Part shown: piece by piece, positions 43,601 through 53,636 of the stretch
Layout of the letters: every line of letters begins with the position of its first letter
How positions within the stretch are numbered: the first letter of the stretch is position 1
Assembly (NCBI GenBank): GCA_902491575.1
Contig: CABUID010000003.1
Coordinates: forward strand, 631-64,630
Origin: an uncultured Bacillota bacterium
Lineage (GTDB): Bacteria; Bacillota_I; Bacilli_A; RFN20; CAG-631
Direction: 5' to 3'
DNA length: 64,000 bases
Made by a program: the position numbers and the translations under genes
Notes under the pieces: generated by a model
What the model saw: the letters and a program-made list of their open reading frames with translations, nothing else
Databases searched by the model: none
Told to the model about the DNA's origin: nothing

Positions 43601-43616
43601 GTTTAAAGAGGGAACT

Positions 43617-43991
43617 ATGACATATCAAACAAAACAAAAAAATTTAATTCTTACTACCTTAAAAGAAAATGAAGGCATCTCTTATTCTGCTAAAGAATTA
43701 AAAGATTCTTTACCCATTTCGATTTCAAAGGCAACGATTTATCGCTTATTAGATGCTTTGTGTAAGGAACAAAGAATATGTAAATTCTATAATGAAATAT
43801 CGAAAGTTTATGAATACCAATACTATAAAGATATTTTAAGTTGTCATTTCCACTTACATTTTAAGTGTAATCATTGTGGCAAATTATATCATTTACCTAG
43901 TCAAATAAATGAGCAAAACTTTTTAATCGATTATTCCCATTCTATGCTTTATGGACAATGCTTTTTATGTCGAAAGGAAAAAAAATTATGA
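43617..43991 (+). CDS. Fur-family metalloregulator (Fur/Zur/PerR-like)
   Basis: Winged-helix N-domain plus metal-site residues HFHLHFKCNHCGK and C-terminal CFLCR. Start taken at the ATG 43617 with RBS; the track's TTG start lies inside the palindrome. Confidence 0.75.
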   Translation: MTYQTKQKNLILTTLKENEGISYSAKELKDSLPISISKATIYRLLDALCKEQRICKFYNEISKVYEYQYYKDILSCHFHLHFKCNHCGKLYHLPSQINEQNFLIDYSHSMLYGQCFLCRKEKKL

Positions 43992-44863
43992 ATAAAGAAC
44001 TTCTCTTAGCTTTGACGGACGCTCTATTAGATACATTAAAAGTTTTTGTTGTTGTATTTTTGATATATATTTTGTTTTCTTTTATTGAAGGAAAGATTGC
44101 CAAAAAGTTTGAAAAACAATCTAAATTCTCTCCATTAATAGGTGCGAGCATCGGTCTTATTCCGCAATGTGGTTTTTCTATTGTCTCTGCTGATTTATAT
44201 CGTAAAAAATATATTTCTATGGGGACACTTTTAGCCGTATTTATTGCTTGTTCCGATGAAGCATTGCCTGTGTTATTATCTTATCCAGATAAATTATATA
44301 TTTTAATTCCATTATTATTAATAAAATTTATTATCGCTGTTATATTTGGATATCTTATCGATTTTATCTACAAAAAGCAAATCATTCATCCTACCCATCA
44401 AGAAGAAATTCTCGTTCATAGTGGTTGTTGCCATCATGAAATTGAACAAGAAAAAGAAAGTAATCTGAAAAAGCATTTTCTTCACCCCCTTATTCATTCA
44501 CTTAAAATTGGTATTTATGTTTTAATTGTTAATTTATTATTTGCACTTTTAATTTATTTTGTTGGCGAAAATTCAATTAAAGTGTTTTTAAATCGTAATT
44601 TATATCTTACACCGGTATTAGCTGGACTTGTAGGTTTAATTCCCAATTGTGCTTCTTCAGTCATTTTAACGGAATTATATATTTCTTCTGCTTTATCTTT
44701 TGGTGCATTGATGTCCGGATTAATCTGTAATGCTGGTTTAGGATTAATTTATTTATTTAAAGATAAGAAAAATATGAAAAATGCTTTCCTAATGATGTTT
44801 ATTTTATACATGATTAGCATGATTAGTGGCTATTTTATCTTATTGATTGAACATTTTCTATGA
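43988..44863 (+). CDS. His/Cys-rich polytopic membrane protein with internal duplication (GLIPQCGFS / GLIPNCASS motifs), putative metal permease
   Basis: ATGA start/stop overlap with the Fur-family gene. A His-rich loop HPTHQEEILVHSGCCHHEIEQE is present. The two halves share the motif G-L-I-P-x-C-x-x-S-(I/V)-(I/V). Confidence 0.5.
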   Translation: MNKELLLALTDALLDTLKVFVVVFLIYILFSFIEGKIAKKFEKQSKFSPLIGASIGLIPQCGFSIVSADLYRKKYISMGTLLAVFIACSDEALPVLLSYPDKLYILIPLLLIKFIIAVIFGYLIDFIYKKQIIHPTHQEEILVHSGCCHHEIEQEKESNLKKHFLHPLIHSLKIGIYVLIVNLLFALLIYFVGENSIKVFLNRNLYLTPVLAGLVGLIPNCASSVILTELYISSALSFGALMSGLICNAGLGLIYLFKDKKNMKNAFLMMFILYMISMISGYFILLIEHFL

Positions 44864-44922
44864 TTTCAATTGATTTGTAAATCTTTTCATTATAAAATAT
44901 TAGTAATAATGGGAGAATCAAT

Positions 44923-45483
44923 ATGGCAATAGAAAAAATAAATTGGTTAAATCAAATGGAAAAAGCATTATTTGAAGAAAAAAATAATGACTTAAAAATG
45001 TTTAAAACAGATATGGTAAATTTACTTTCATATGCTTATCTTGATTTTGAGTTAATCTATCAAGATTTTTGCAAAGAAAAAAATCATCCTTATGAAAATG
45101 ATGCTTTTTATTGTTTTCAGGAAATTTTTGCTTATTTTTCAATTAATCATAATATCTTAATTTATGATATGTATTCTACTTATAAATTGTTTTGTCAATT
45201 TGCTGGTACAGAGCCTTTAGATAAATTAAAGTTTAAAATTCTAGCTAATCATCTAACGGATAGTCAAATTATCGATGATATTGAACTAATAGCACAAAGT
45301 CGAAAATTAATTGATCCTTTTCATTATTATTCACTTTGCTTATCTTTTTGTTATTTAATTTTGTTAAGAAGAATTGTTTTAACGGAAAGACATTATAATA
45401 TTCTTGTTGGTCTTTTTAACCGAAAGATTGATCAAATACCTACTTATAATGAATTTTATGAAAAAACTTTCAAACAACATTAA
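44923..45483 (+). CDS. Hypothetical protein (186 aa)
   Basis: RBS GGGAGA precedes the start. No recognisable motif. Confidence 0.35.
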   Translation: MAIEKINWLNQMEKALFEEKNNDLKMFKTDMVNLLSYAYLDFELIYQDFCKEKNHPYENDAFYCFQEIFAYFSINHNILIYDMYSTYKLFCQFAGTEPLDKLKFKILANHLTDSQIIDDIELIAQSRKLIDPFHYYSLCLSFCYLILLRRIVLTERHYNILVGLFNRKIDQIPTYNEFYEKTFKQH

Positions 45484-45537
45484 TAATCAAAAAACTAACT
45501 GAAAAATTCATTTGTTTCTAGTTAGTTTTTTTTGTAA

Positions 45538-46806
45538 TTATTGATTTGTTTTTTGTGACAATTTTTGTAAATATTTTTCATGCGATTCTTCCACTGCAAA
45601 TCGAACTTTGACAATAGGCGTTTGATCAATAGGATAAATAAGATAGGACTCGTGTTCATCATGAACTTCAAAAGCTGATTCTTGGCATCCTTTGACATCA
45701 AAAGTTAAATGGATAGTAGAATTTAATTTTTCATTATACTCAAAATGAAAATTCTCTTCATTTGAAAGGATTTTTCCATCAATGACAATTCCATTTTCAT
45801 CTTGATGGGCAACTCCAGTGGCAAATGAATGGTCAAAACCTAATTTAGAATTTAAAAAACGAGAAATTTTTACTGGAAAAGTAATGGAATAAGTATTATT
45901 AAAAATCGCTTCTTTCACAGAATTTCTTTGCCAAGAGTACCAATCAGAAATACTATCAAATAGGGTTTCTCCATTTCTATTTTTTAAAATAGATAATTCG
46001 TCTATTTCATAATCGGATAAACAATGATGACAATAAATATGATTGTCTTTTCCTTCAATACACATTTCATTTTGACAATTTGGACAGCGATATAAAATGC
46101 GATGAATATTATGCGCTTTTGTTTTACTTAAAATATGAATATGATTATCCCTTTGATATTGATATTCATTATATTCAAAATGCTGATTGATTCTATCTTG
46201 AATTTCTTTTTCCGTTAATTTGGAAACTTCTTCTTTCGTTACCACCATTTTAGCATGTGCGATAATAGGAACTTCTTTGTTTTTAGGCAAGGTGTTCCAT
46301 CTAGGTGAATAAAGATAACTACCATATTCATGAACGACAATAACCGGGACATTGGCTAACTTAGCTAATTTTCCTAATCCTTGATCAAATTGATTCGTTA
46401 CACCTGCAAAACTATAGGTGGCTTCTGGATATAACGAAACAATGTTTCCTTTTTTTAATAAACGAACTATATTTCGAACTAAGGCCATATCACGAAAATG
46501 TACTTTTTTAGGAATACAACCTAGTCTTCTCATAATCCATTCTTTATCTACAAATTCATCAATGGAAGAAATATAATAAGATCGACGCGGAAACAATATC
46601 TTCTCCAATAGTTTTACATCTTCAAAACTCATATGATTAGATACGATTAAACAACCACCTTTTATTCTTTTAAAATTTTCTTTAACGATTTTATGCTTTA
46701 CACCCATTAAAGCAAATTCAACAGCAATCCATAAAAAGGGTAATAAGTAAAATCGCGTTTTTATAGGTTTTTGATGAAGTTGCAATTTTTTAAAAGATTG
46801 ATCCAT
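45538..46806 (-). CDS. PlsC-like acyltransferase with N-terminal TM and C-terminal zinc-ribbon-containing domain
   Basis: The acyltransferase HX4D motif NHMSFEDV is present, with CPNCQNEMC...CHHC downstream. Confidence 0.5.
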   Translation of the reverse strand: MDQSFKKLQLHQKPIKTRFYLLPFLWIAVEFALMGVKHKIVKENFKRIKGGCLIVSNHMSFEDVKLLEKILFPRRSYYISSIDEFVDKEWIMRRLGCIPKKVHFRDMALVRNIVRLLKKGNIVSLYPEATYSFAGVTNQFDQGLGKLAKLANVPVIVVHEYGSYLYSPRWNTLPKNKEVPIIAHAKMVVTKEEVSKLTEKEIQDRINQHFEYNEYQYQRDNHIHILSKTKAHNIHRILYRCPNCQNEMCIEGKDNHIYCHHCLSDYEIDELSILKNRNGETLFDSISDWYSWQRNSVKEAIFNNTYSITFPVKISRFLNSKLGFDHSFATGVAHQDENGIVIDGKILSNEENFHFEYNEKLNSTIHLTFDVKGCQESAFEVHDEHESYLIYPIDQTPIVKVRFAVEESHEKYLQKLSQKTNQ

Positions 46807-46810
46807 ATAT

Positions 46811-48229
46811 TCACCTCAAAGTATTATTCTTTATCGGTTTTATTTTAACACGATATAAATGTACAAACAAGCCTATTGATACTAATAAAGCAAGTATTTC
46901 TGCAATTAAAAAAGATAACCAAACTAAATTTAAATTTTTTGTTAAGGATAACAAATAAGCCGCAGGCAATAAAACAATTAATTGGCGAATAATAGAACAA
47001 ATCATGGAATAAAATCCATTCCCTAAAGCTTGAAATACCGACATCAACACAATAGAAAAAGCAGCAAACATAAAACTCGAACAAATAATACGCAAGCAAG
47101 GAACACCTACTAAAGTTAGTTGATCTGCAATATCTTTATTTTCAGCGAATATAGTTAAAAGTTGGCGAGGAATACATAAAAATAATAATGTGCCAATAAA
47201 CATCATGATACTAACAATGATTAGCGAATATTTAATTGTTTTCATCATTTTATCTTTATTCTTAGCGCCATAATTATAGGCAACAATAGGAACAACTGCA
47301 TTATTTATACCAAATATAGGCATAAAAAAGATAGAATTCAACTTAAAATACAAACCAAAAACCGTTTGTGGCAAATCGTTATAAGTTTGATGGGTATTTG
47401 GAATAGTAACATTATAAAAAACAAGTAAAATGCGATTAAAAAGGAAAGTTAATACAGATGAAATTCCAGCCATTACAGCAGAGGGAATACCAATGAAAAG
47501 AATTTCTTTTATAACACTTAACTTTAATTGTATAGTTTCCTTTTTTAACACAATTTCTTTATTATATTTAAGATTAAAGATTAAGCCTAAAAAACATCCA
47601 ACATATTGTCCTATCAATGTAGCAATAGCTGCTCCAGCTACACCAAGTTTTGGGAAAAATCCAATACCAAAAATCAAACAAGGGTCTAATAGAATATTCG
47701 TAATGGCTCCACATGCTTGGGCAACCATTGTCAAAAAAGTTTTCCCTGTGGCTTGGAGCAATCTTTCAAAAGTAATTGAAAAAATAATTCCTAAACTTCC
47801 AATGACAACATATTTTAAATAAGTGATTCCATATTGAATGACTGCTTCATTCGTTGAAATTGCTTTCATATAACTAGGAATTAAAGTTAAACCTATGATG
47901 AAGAATAAAAAATAAACGCCTATCATTATAATGCATCCGTTAAAAGCTGTTTGAGATGCTTTTAAAGCATTCTTTTCACCTAATGATTTCGAAAGAGTAG
48001 CATTGATACCTACTCCCATTCCTGTTGATAATGCAATAATTAAATTTTGCATCGGCCAAGCTAAACCAATAGCGGTTAATGCATCATTTGCATATTTACC
48101 AACAAATATACTATCCACAACATTATAAAGAGATTGTATCAACATTGAAATGACTAATGGCAAAGCCATCGATAGAAGTAATTTTAAAGCAGGAGTTGTT
48201 CCCATTTTATTTTCTTTTGCTATCACCAT
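46811..48229 (-). CDS. MATE-family efflux transporter
   Basis: 472 aa with 12 TMs and a MATE N-terminus LSMALPLVISMLIQSLYNVVDSIFVG. Confidence 0.8.
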   Translation of the reverse strand: MVIAKENKMGTTPALKLLLSMALPLVISMLIQSLYNVVDSIFVGKYANDALTAIGLAWPMQNLIIALSTGMGVGINATLSKSLGEKNALKASQTAFNGCIIMIGVYFLFFIIGLTLIPSYMKAISTNEAVIQYGITYLKYVVIGSLGIIFSITFERLLQATGKTFLTMVAQACGAITNILLDPCLIFGIGFFPKLGVAGAAIATLIGQYVGCFLGLIFNLKYNKEIVLKKETIQLKLSVIKEILFIGIPSAVMAGISSVLTFLFNRILLVFYNVTIPNTHQTYNDLPQTVFGLYFKLNSIFFMPIFGINNAVVPIVAYNYGAKNKDKMMKTIKYSLIIVSIMMFIGTLLFLCIPRQLLTIFAENKDIADQLTLVGVPCLRIICSSFMFAAFSIVLMSVFQALGNGFYSMICSIIRQLIVLLPAAYLLSLTKNLNLVWLSFLIAEILALLVSIGLFVHLYRVKIKPIKNNTLR

Positions 48230-48429
48230 AAATAATAACGAATTTACTTTTTTAATTTAACAAGTAAATAAACTCCTTTCCGTTTACATAACGTTTACTA
48301 TTATATAAATTTTACTCATTAATTTCTACTACAATTTATAAATAAAGTCATTATTTCTCTTTTTTAATACATTTTTTATAAATACTTTTTAAATTTATCA
48401 AATTTATCGATAAAAATTATTTAAAGTTA

Positions 48430-48458
48430 TTGACATTAAAAGAAAATCGCTTTAAAAT
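48430..48458 (+). promoter_or_regulatory. Sigma-A promoter of the cold-shock gene (TTGACA-17-TAAAAT) with a long AT-rich 5' leader
   Basis: Read directly from the sequence. A long leader is typical of csp genes. Confidence 0.4.
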
Positions 48459-48506
48459 AATATTGTCTTTATAAACATATATAGACGCAGTTGAAAGGAT
48501 TAAAAT

Positions 48507-48731
48507 ATGGCAAAAGGAACAGTAAAATGGTTTAATTCTGAAAAAGGCTATGGCTTTATTTCAGATAGCGATTCTCACCATGACATCTTCGTTCACTATT
48601 CACAAATCCAAATGGAAGGCTACAAATCTTTAGAAGAAAAAGCAGTTGTTGAATATGAAGTTGAAGTAGATGAAAACACTGGTAAAGAAAGAGCAAAAAA
48701 CGTTGTCGTTGTTGAAGCACCAGCTAAGTAA
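48507..48731 (+). CDS. Cold-shock protein (CspA family)
   Basis: RNP1-like KGYGFI and RNP2-like DIFVHY motifs are present in a 74-aa protein. Confidence 0.9.
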   Translation: MAKGTVKWFNSEKGYGFISDSDSHHDIFVHYSQIQMEGYKSLEEKAVVEYEVEVDENTGKERAKNVVVVEAPAK

Positions 48732-48748
48732 AACACACAACATAGAAG

Positions 48749-48779
48749 CAATTCAAATTCGAATTGCTTTTTTTATTTT
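48749..48779 (+). terminator. Rho-independent terminator after csp
   Basis: aagcaattc-aaattc-gaattgctt followed by T7. Confidence 0.55.
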
Positions 48780-48829
48780 ACTTTTGAAATGAATATGCTA
48801 TACTATAAGAAATAAAGGAGTGGATAATT

Positions 48830-49348
48830 ATGAAAAAGCATCCATTATTAAATGTTAGTTCAGTTTTAGGAATTATTATTGGAAGTTGTTCTTTCTTTTT
48901 AAGTTTTCCTTATATGAGTCATTCTAGTTATTATTCCGTTCTTGTTTTTAGATATTTTGCATCTTTAGAATTTTTTATTTCTATTGCAACAATTATAATG
49001 TCAGCAATCTTATTAGGAAAAAACAAAAAATTAATCGAATACGATACATTAAAAATATATGGCATTTTAAATATAATTTTTGTTTTTATCTTATTATTAT
49101 TGCAATTTTCTTCTTTATTTGTATGTGATTTTGCAAACGATGAATTTGAAATTACCTTTGTAATGGTAACAAGTATTGTAACCATTATCACTCTTGTACT
49201 TTTAATTTATGGTATTATTAAAAGTAATAAAGATGAAAAACCTGAAATCAAAAAACAATTAAGTGATTTAAAAGAACTATTAGATAAAGGATTGATTACT
49301 CAAGAAGAATTTGATGCTAAAAGAAAAGATTTAATTGAAAGAATATAA
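48830..49348 (+). CDS. Membrane protein with C-terminal SHOCT domain
   Basis: Four TMs, then the SHOCT-like tail LKELLDKGLITQEEFDAKRKDLI. RBS AAAGGAG precedes the start. Confidence 0.55.
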   Translation: MKKHPLLNVSSVLGIIIGSCSFFLSFPYMSHSSYYSVLVFRYFASLEFFISIATIIMSAILLGKNKKLIEYDTLKIYGILNIIFVFILLLLQFSSLFVCDFANDEFEITFVMVTSIVTIITLVLLIYGIIKSNKDEKPEIKKQLSDLKELLDKGLITQEEFDAKRKDLIERI

Positions 49349-49471
49349 TTCATAAAAATAGGAAAAAGTATTTATGAACATTGGTTTGTAAATACTTTTT
49401 ATTATTTATTTACTTTTCAGTTAAAATTTGTTAGTATTCTTTTGTTAATTCTTTCTAAGAAGGTGAAAAAA

Positions 49472-50851
49472 ATGAATTCTTTAAACGATAAAGAAATTCT
49501 TGCTACAGAAAAAATCAGTAAACTTTTTGTCAAATTATCTATTCCTGCTGTATTAGCACAAATCATTAATTTACTTTATAATCTAATCGATAGAATATAT
49601 ATTGGTCATATTAAAGATATTGGAACAGAGGCATTGACAGGAGTTGGTGTGTGTTTACCTATTATCATTTTTATTAGTGCATTTTCATGTTTATGCGGCA
49701 TGGGTGGAGCACCAAAAGCAGCCATCAAAATGGGAGAAGGAAAAAAAGATGAAGCTAGTATTATCCTAGGTAATTGTTTTACTTTAACCATTACGTTATC
49801 CATTATACTTACAATTATCTTTTTAATATTTGGTGAAGATTTATTAATGTTATTTGGAGCAAGCGAAAATACTTTATCCTATGCATTAGATTATATTCAA
49901 ACATATACGGCTGGTACTATTTTTGTAATGATTGCCTTAGGATTAAATATGTTCATTACTACACAAGGATTTTCAAAAGTCAGTATGATTAATGTTATCA
50001 TTGGAGCAGTTTGCAATATTATTTTAGACCCTTTATTCATATTTGGATTTAATCTAGGAGTAAAAGGAGCTGCAATAGCCACGATTATATCACAAGCATT
50101 ATCTTCCTTTTTTGTTTTAAAATTTTTATTTTCAAAAAAGACTATTTTAAAAATATCTTTTGAAAATATGAAAATAAAATGGAATCTATTACTTCCTTGT
50201 ATCGCATTAGGAATCTCTCCTTTTATCATGCAAGCTACAGAAAGTATCTTAACGATTTGTTTTAATACTTCTTTACAAAAATATCAAGGCGATTTAGCCG
50301 TAGGATCAATGACGATTTTAACTTCTTTAATGCAATTTGCGATGCTTCCTTTACAAGGATTTACTCAAGGCGCACAACCTATCATAAGTTACAATTATGG
50401 TGCTAAAAATGCTTTACGTGTCAAAAAGGCTTTTAAAATCTTATTATTAACTTGCTTAACTTATTCGTTCGTTTTCTGGTTATTGATTATGATTGTTCCA
50501 CAATTTTTTGTACATTTATTTACGAATGATGATAGTTTGCTACAATATACGGTTTGGGCATTAAGAATTTATATGGCTGTTTTAGGCATTTTTGGTATTC
50601 AAATTGCCTGCCAACAAACATTTATTTCTTTAGGAAACGCTCCAATATCTTTGTTTTTAGCTTTATTAAGAAAAGTTATTCTTTTAATACCTTTAATTTA
50701 CATTGTCCCCCATTTTACCACAAATAAATGTTTAGGCGTATTTTTAGCTGAACCTATTGCGGACACCATCGCCGTAGCCACAACGGCAATTCTATTTTAT
50801 TTTATATTTAAGAAAACGACTCAAAAAATGGATCAAGCTTCTTTAGCCTAA
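49472..50851 (+). CDS. MATE-family efflux transporter
   Basis: The ATG at 49472 is preceded by RBS AAGGTG. 12 TMs. Confidence 0.8.
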   Translation: MNSLNDKEILATEKISKLFVKLSIPAVLAQIINLLYNLIDRIYIGHIKDIGTEALTGVGVCLPIIIFISAFSCLCGMGGAPKAAIKMGEGKKDEASIILGNCFTLTITLSIILTIIFLIFGEDLLMLFGASENTLSYALDYIQTYTAGTIFVMIALGLNMFITTQGFSKVSMINVIIGAVCNIILDPLFIFGFNLGVKGAAIATIISQALSSFFVLKFLFSKKTILKISFENMKIKWNLLLPCIALGISPFIMQATESILTICFNTSLQKYQGDLAVGSMTILTSLMQFAMLPLQGFTQGAQPIISYNYGAKNALRVKKAFKILLLTCLTYSFVFWLLIMIVPQFFVHLFTNDDSLLQYTVWALRIYMAVLGIFGIQIACQQTFISLGNAPISLFLALLRKVILLIPLIYIVPHFTTNKCLGVFLAEPIADTIAVATTAILFYFIFKKTTQKMDQASLA

Positions 50852-50866
50852 TCCATTTTTTTGTAT

Positions 50867-51529
50867 TTATTTTAAAAAATCTTTTTTTGTTTGATTTGAA
50901 AAATATAATAATGCATAGAGGAATAAAGATCCTAATGAATTGCCTATAATCGTTAAAAGTATATAACCTATGCTTTTTAAATCCCACATATTGGCTAGTG
51001 AATAATAAAACATATTGGCTATACAATGCTCAAATCCACAAAGAATAAAAATGGCAACAGATAAGAAAATAGCAATCACTTTAAAGATAGCATGTAAATC
51101 TCTTTTAGATAATTCGACTGCTAAGAAAATCATGACTCCACAAAAAAAGGATAAAACGAGAATACTTAGCCATGAACTTGATGATTTGATTTGACATAAA
51201 GAATTCGCATTATGAATCATAGTTAAAAATCTTTCATCTTTATGACTTATTCCATATAACAAATAACCTGTTGATATAGAAGCTAAAGCATTTCCAAATA
51301 AACAAATGACTAAATCCAGTAAGTATTGTTTTTTATTTTCAAATAAATAACCAATTTTCCCTGTATAAAGATGTAAGTTTAAAGTGATAATGGTAAATAG
51401 ACCAAAAGCAAACAAAAAAGATGCAAGAATAGGCGAATAATTTTTACTTGATAAATAAACCATTCCGCCAATACTAATCAGTATACCAGAGAATATAGAA
51501 GATAAAAAAATGGATAAATATCGTTTCAT
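50867..51529 (-). CDS. Six-TM membrane protein, FNT-like (formate/nitrite transporter-like) or DUF1275-like
   Basis: FAFGLFTIITLNLHLYTGK and LFGNALAS resemble the FNT signature regions, but the protein is short at 220 aa. Confidence 0.35.
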   Translation of the reverse strand: MKRYLSIFLSSIFSGILISIGGMVYLSSKNYSPILASFLFAFGLFTIITLNLHLYTGKIGYLFENKKQYLLDLVICLFGNALASISTGYLLYGISHKDERFLTMIHNANSLCQIKSSSSWLSILVLSFFCGVMIFLAVELSKRDLHAIFKVIAIFLSVAIFILCGFEHCIANMFYYSLANMWDLKSIGYILLTIIGNSLGSLFLYALLYFSNQTKKDFLK

Positions 51530-51681
51530 ATAATAACCCTCGATTATATTGTAACATATAATTTTTTATGAAAGAACTATTTTTTATTTTTAAAAGTAAA
51601 TACCAATTTTTTACAACAATATAATGAATAAATGTTATCGTTTTCGAACTTCCTATGTTACAATTATTTTGAGGTGGTTGT

Positions 51682-53544
51682 ATGAAAAAAGCAAAAAAAC
51701 TTTTATTTGTTCTTTTAATGATAAGTTTATCTGGTTGTGGAGTTAAAACAAGTGATAGTGCATCTACATCTATATCCAATTCTTCACATAATTCAGACAC
51801 TTCGGTAAATGAAGAATCCACAAGTAGTGAGATACTTGTAGATTTTGATTACTTAAATGAAGAAGCTTTTCGTTTATCTTCTATTCGTGATATTGCTAAT
51901 GATACTGGCGTGATGACTTATAAAATGTATTCTCCTTACACCGATCGTTATGAACTAAAATGTAATACTGCTTCAAATATTGAAGTATTGAACCAGCAAG
52001 GAACATTAATGAATGAAGGAAATACAAATCTTTATGTTGATTTAACAAAAGATGAAATCATCTATGTACGAATAACGACTACAGCGAATCAAGATTTTCA
52101 TTTTGTTGTTACTGCTAATGATTATCGCATTGAACTACCCTATGAGATTTATTCTTCTGTTGATGTCAATGATTATTCTACTTCATCAAATAATCTATCC
52201 GACCCTTTAAAACCATCCGAAGTTTCTTATACAAAACGTGATGATGGTCGCGGGCTTTATATTAATTCCAATAATCCTGAAGCCATCACTGCAAATGAGT
52301 TTAATACATCACTTTGTAAACAAGATGTGACGAATAAAGATGTATTTTTTACCTTTGAACATAATAATGCAAATCTTCTTTATTATTATTATGGATACCG
52401 TATTACAAATACAGATACAAAAGATATCTATGTTACTGTCAAAAATCTTGGCTATCAAGTTAGTGGCAGTGGTTCATGGTTAGGTGAAGACGAATGGATT
52501 AAATTTTATAATGTTAAATTCGATTCAGATACTTCTCAATATAATGCTTCACAATTAGCAAATTATAATGCTTATGTTGGCTTTTGTAACACTTATGAAT
52601 CCAACAATCGAAAGCCAATTACCTACCGTATACCAAGTGGTCAATATATGTATGTAATGGGTGGAACCACCAAAGATGCCTATAATCAAATTAATGTATT
52701 TGATTCTGCAAACAAAAGGGTAAAAGGTGGATGTTCAAATGGAGCTGTATTATTTACTGTATCTGGTGGACAAGCAGAAGGTTCATTTTTAGTATACACT
52801 GATGATGATGCCAAAGAAGTCAATGACTCAGAATATGTAAAAACCTCTTTGCAAAATGGATATGTTGTAACACGAAATGATGTAAATGTTGGTTCTCAAT
52901 ATATAGGTTATGATAATTGTCATGGCGTAGTTGATTCAGATTTATGTTGGGTCTTTAATGATCAAACACCTAGTGGTGAATTGCCTGTATCATATAGTAA
53001 CCCTTATTATACTAATCAAACTTCTGGTACAATTTATGGTACCATTTCTAATTTTATTCAGCAAGATTATATCGGTGCCAAAGCATGGTATACGCATATT
53101 AATCCTAATCATACAAGAAATGCAATAGGAAGTGATATGACAAAATATATTGTTGTTGACCACGAAACACAGCAAGAAATATCCATTGATATTTTTCATT
53201 ATGACGGGCGTGGTAAAACGGCTAATATTGGTAATTGGATGGTCGATTATATCGACACCTTCACATTAGTTAATCAAGGAAACAATAGTCGAGAATTCAC
53301 TTATAATCTTGGTCATAATGGTGTTATTTTGGCCTTTGTAAGAGATGAAAAAGGTCAAATAAGTTCTACTTATACTCCTAAGTATTGTACGATTATTAAT
53401 CAATCCCAATATGGTGAAGCCATTCGTGATCCATTTACTTATACAGTAGATGTACCTGCACATAGCATTGTAAGGTTTTCGGTAGATTATAATTTGTTAG
53501 CAAATTCTTACGGATGTATTTCTCATCAAGCTTTTTTGAATTAG
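51682..53544 (+). CDS. Large lipoprotein (620 aa) with Ser/Thr-rich linker, unknown extracytoplasmic domain
   Basis: Signal peptide and lipobox LSGC, then a Ser-rich low-complexity stretch and a Tyr/Asn/Asp-rich globular part. Confidence 0.6.
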   Translation: MKKAKKLLFVLLMISLSGCGVKTSDSASTSISNSSHNSDTSVNEESTSSEILVDFDYLNEEAFRLSSIRDIANDTGVMTYKMYSPYTDRYELKCNTASNIEVLNQQGTLMNEGNTNLYVDLTKDEIIYVRITTTANQDFHFVVTANDYRIELPYEIYSSVDVNDYSTSSNNLSDPLKPSEVSYTKRDDGRGLYINSNNPEAITANEFNTSLCKQDVTNKDVFFTFEHNNANLLYYYYGYRITNTDTKDIYVTVKNLGYQVSGSGSWLGEDEWIKFYNVKFDSDTSQYNASQLANYNAYVGFCNTYESNNRKPITYRIPSGQYMYVMGGTTKDAYNQINVFDSANKRVKGGCSNGAVLFTVSGGQAEGSFLVYTDDDAKEVNDSEYVKTSLQNGYVVTRNDVNVGSQYIGYDNCHGVVDSDLCWVFNDQTPSGELPVSYSNPYYTNQTSGTIYGTISNFIQQDYIGAKAWYTHINPNHTRNAIGSDMTKYIVVDHETQQEISIDIFHYDGRGKTANIGNWMVDYIDTFTLVNQGNNSREFTYNLGHNGVILAFVRDEKGQISSTYTPKYCTIINQSQYGEAIRDPFTYTVDVPAHSIVRFSVDYNLLANSYGCISHQAFLN

Positions 53545-53636
53545 TAATATTGAAAGATGATGTCTTGAAAAAGGCATCATTTTTAGATAAAAAAACTATT
53601 AAAAGTTTTGATTTTTAATAGTTTCTTTTCGATTTT

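Noticed and set aside
43584-43616. TTG-initiated 11-codon extension on the Fur-family ORF
   Set aside because: The TTG is the first triplet of the 17-bp operator palindrome. The ATG at 43617 has a proper RBS.
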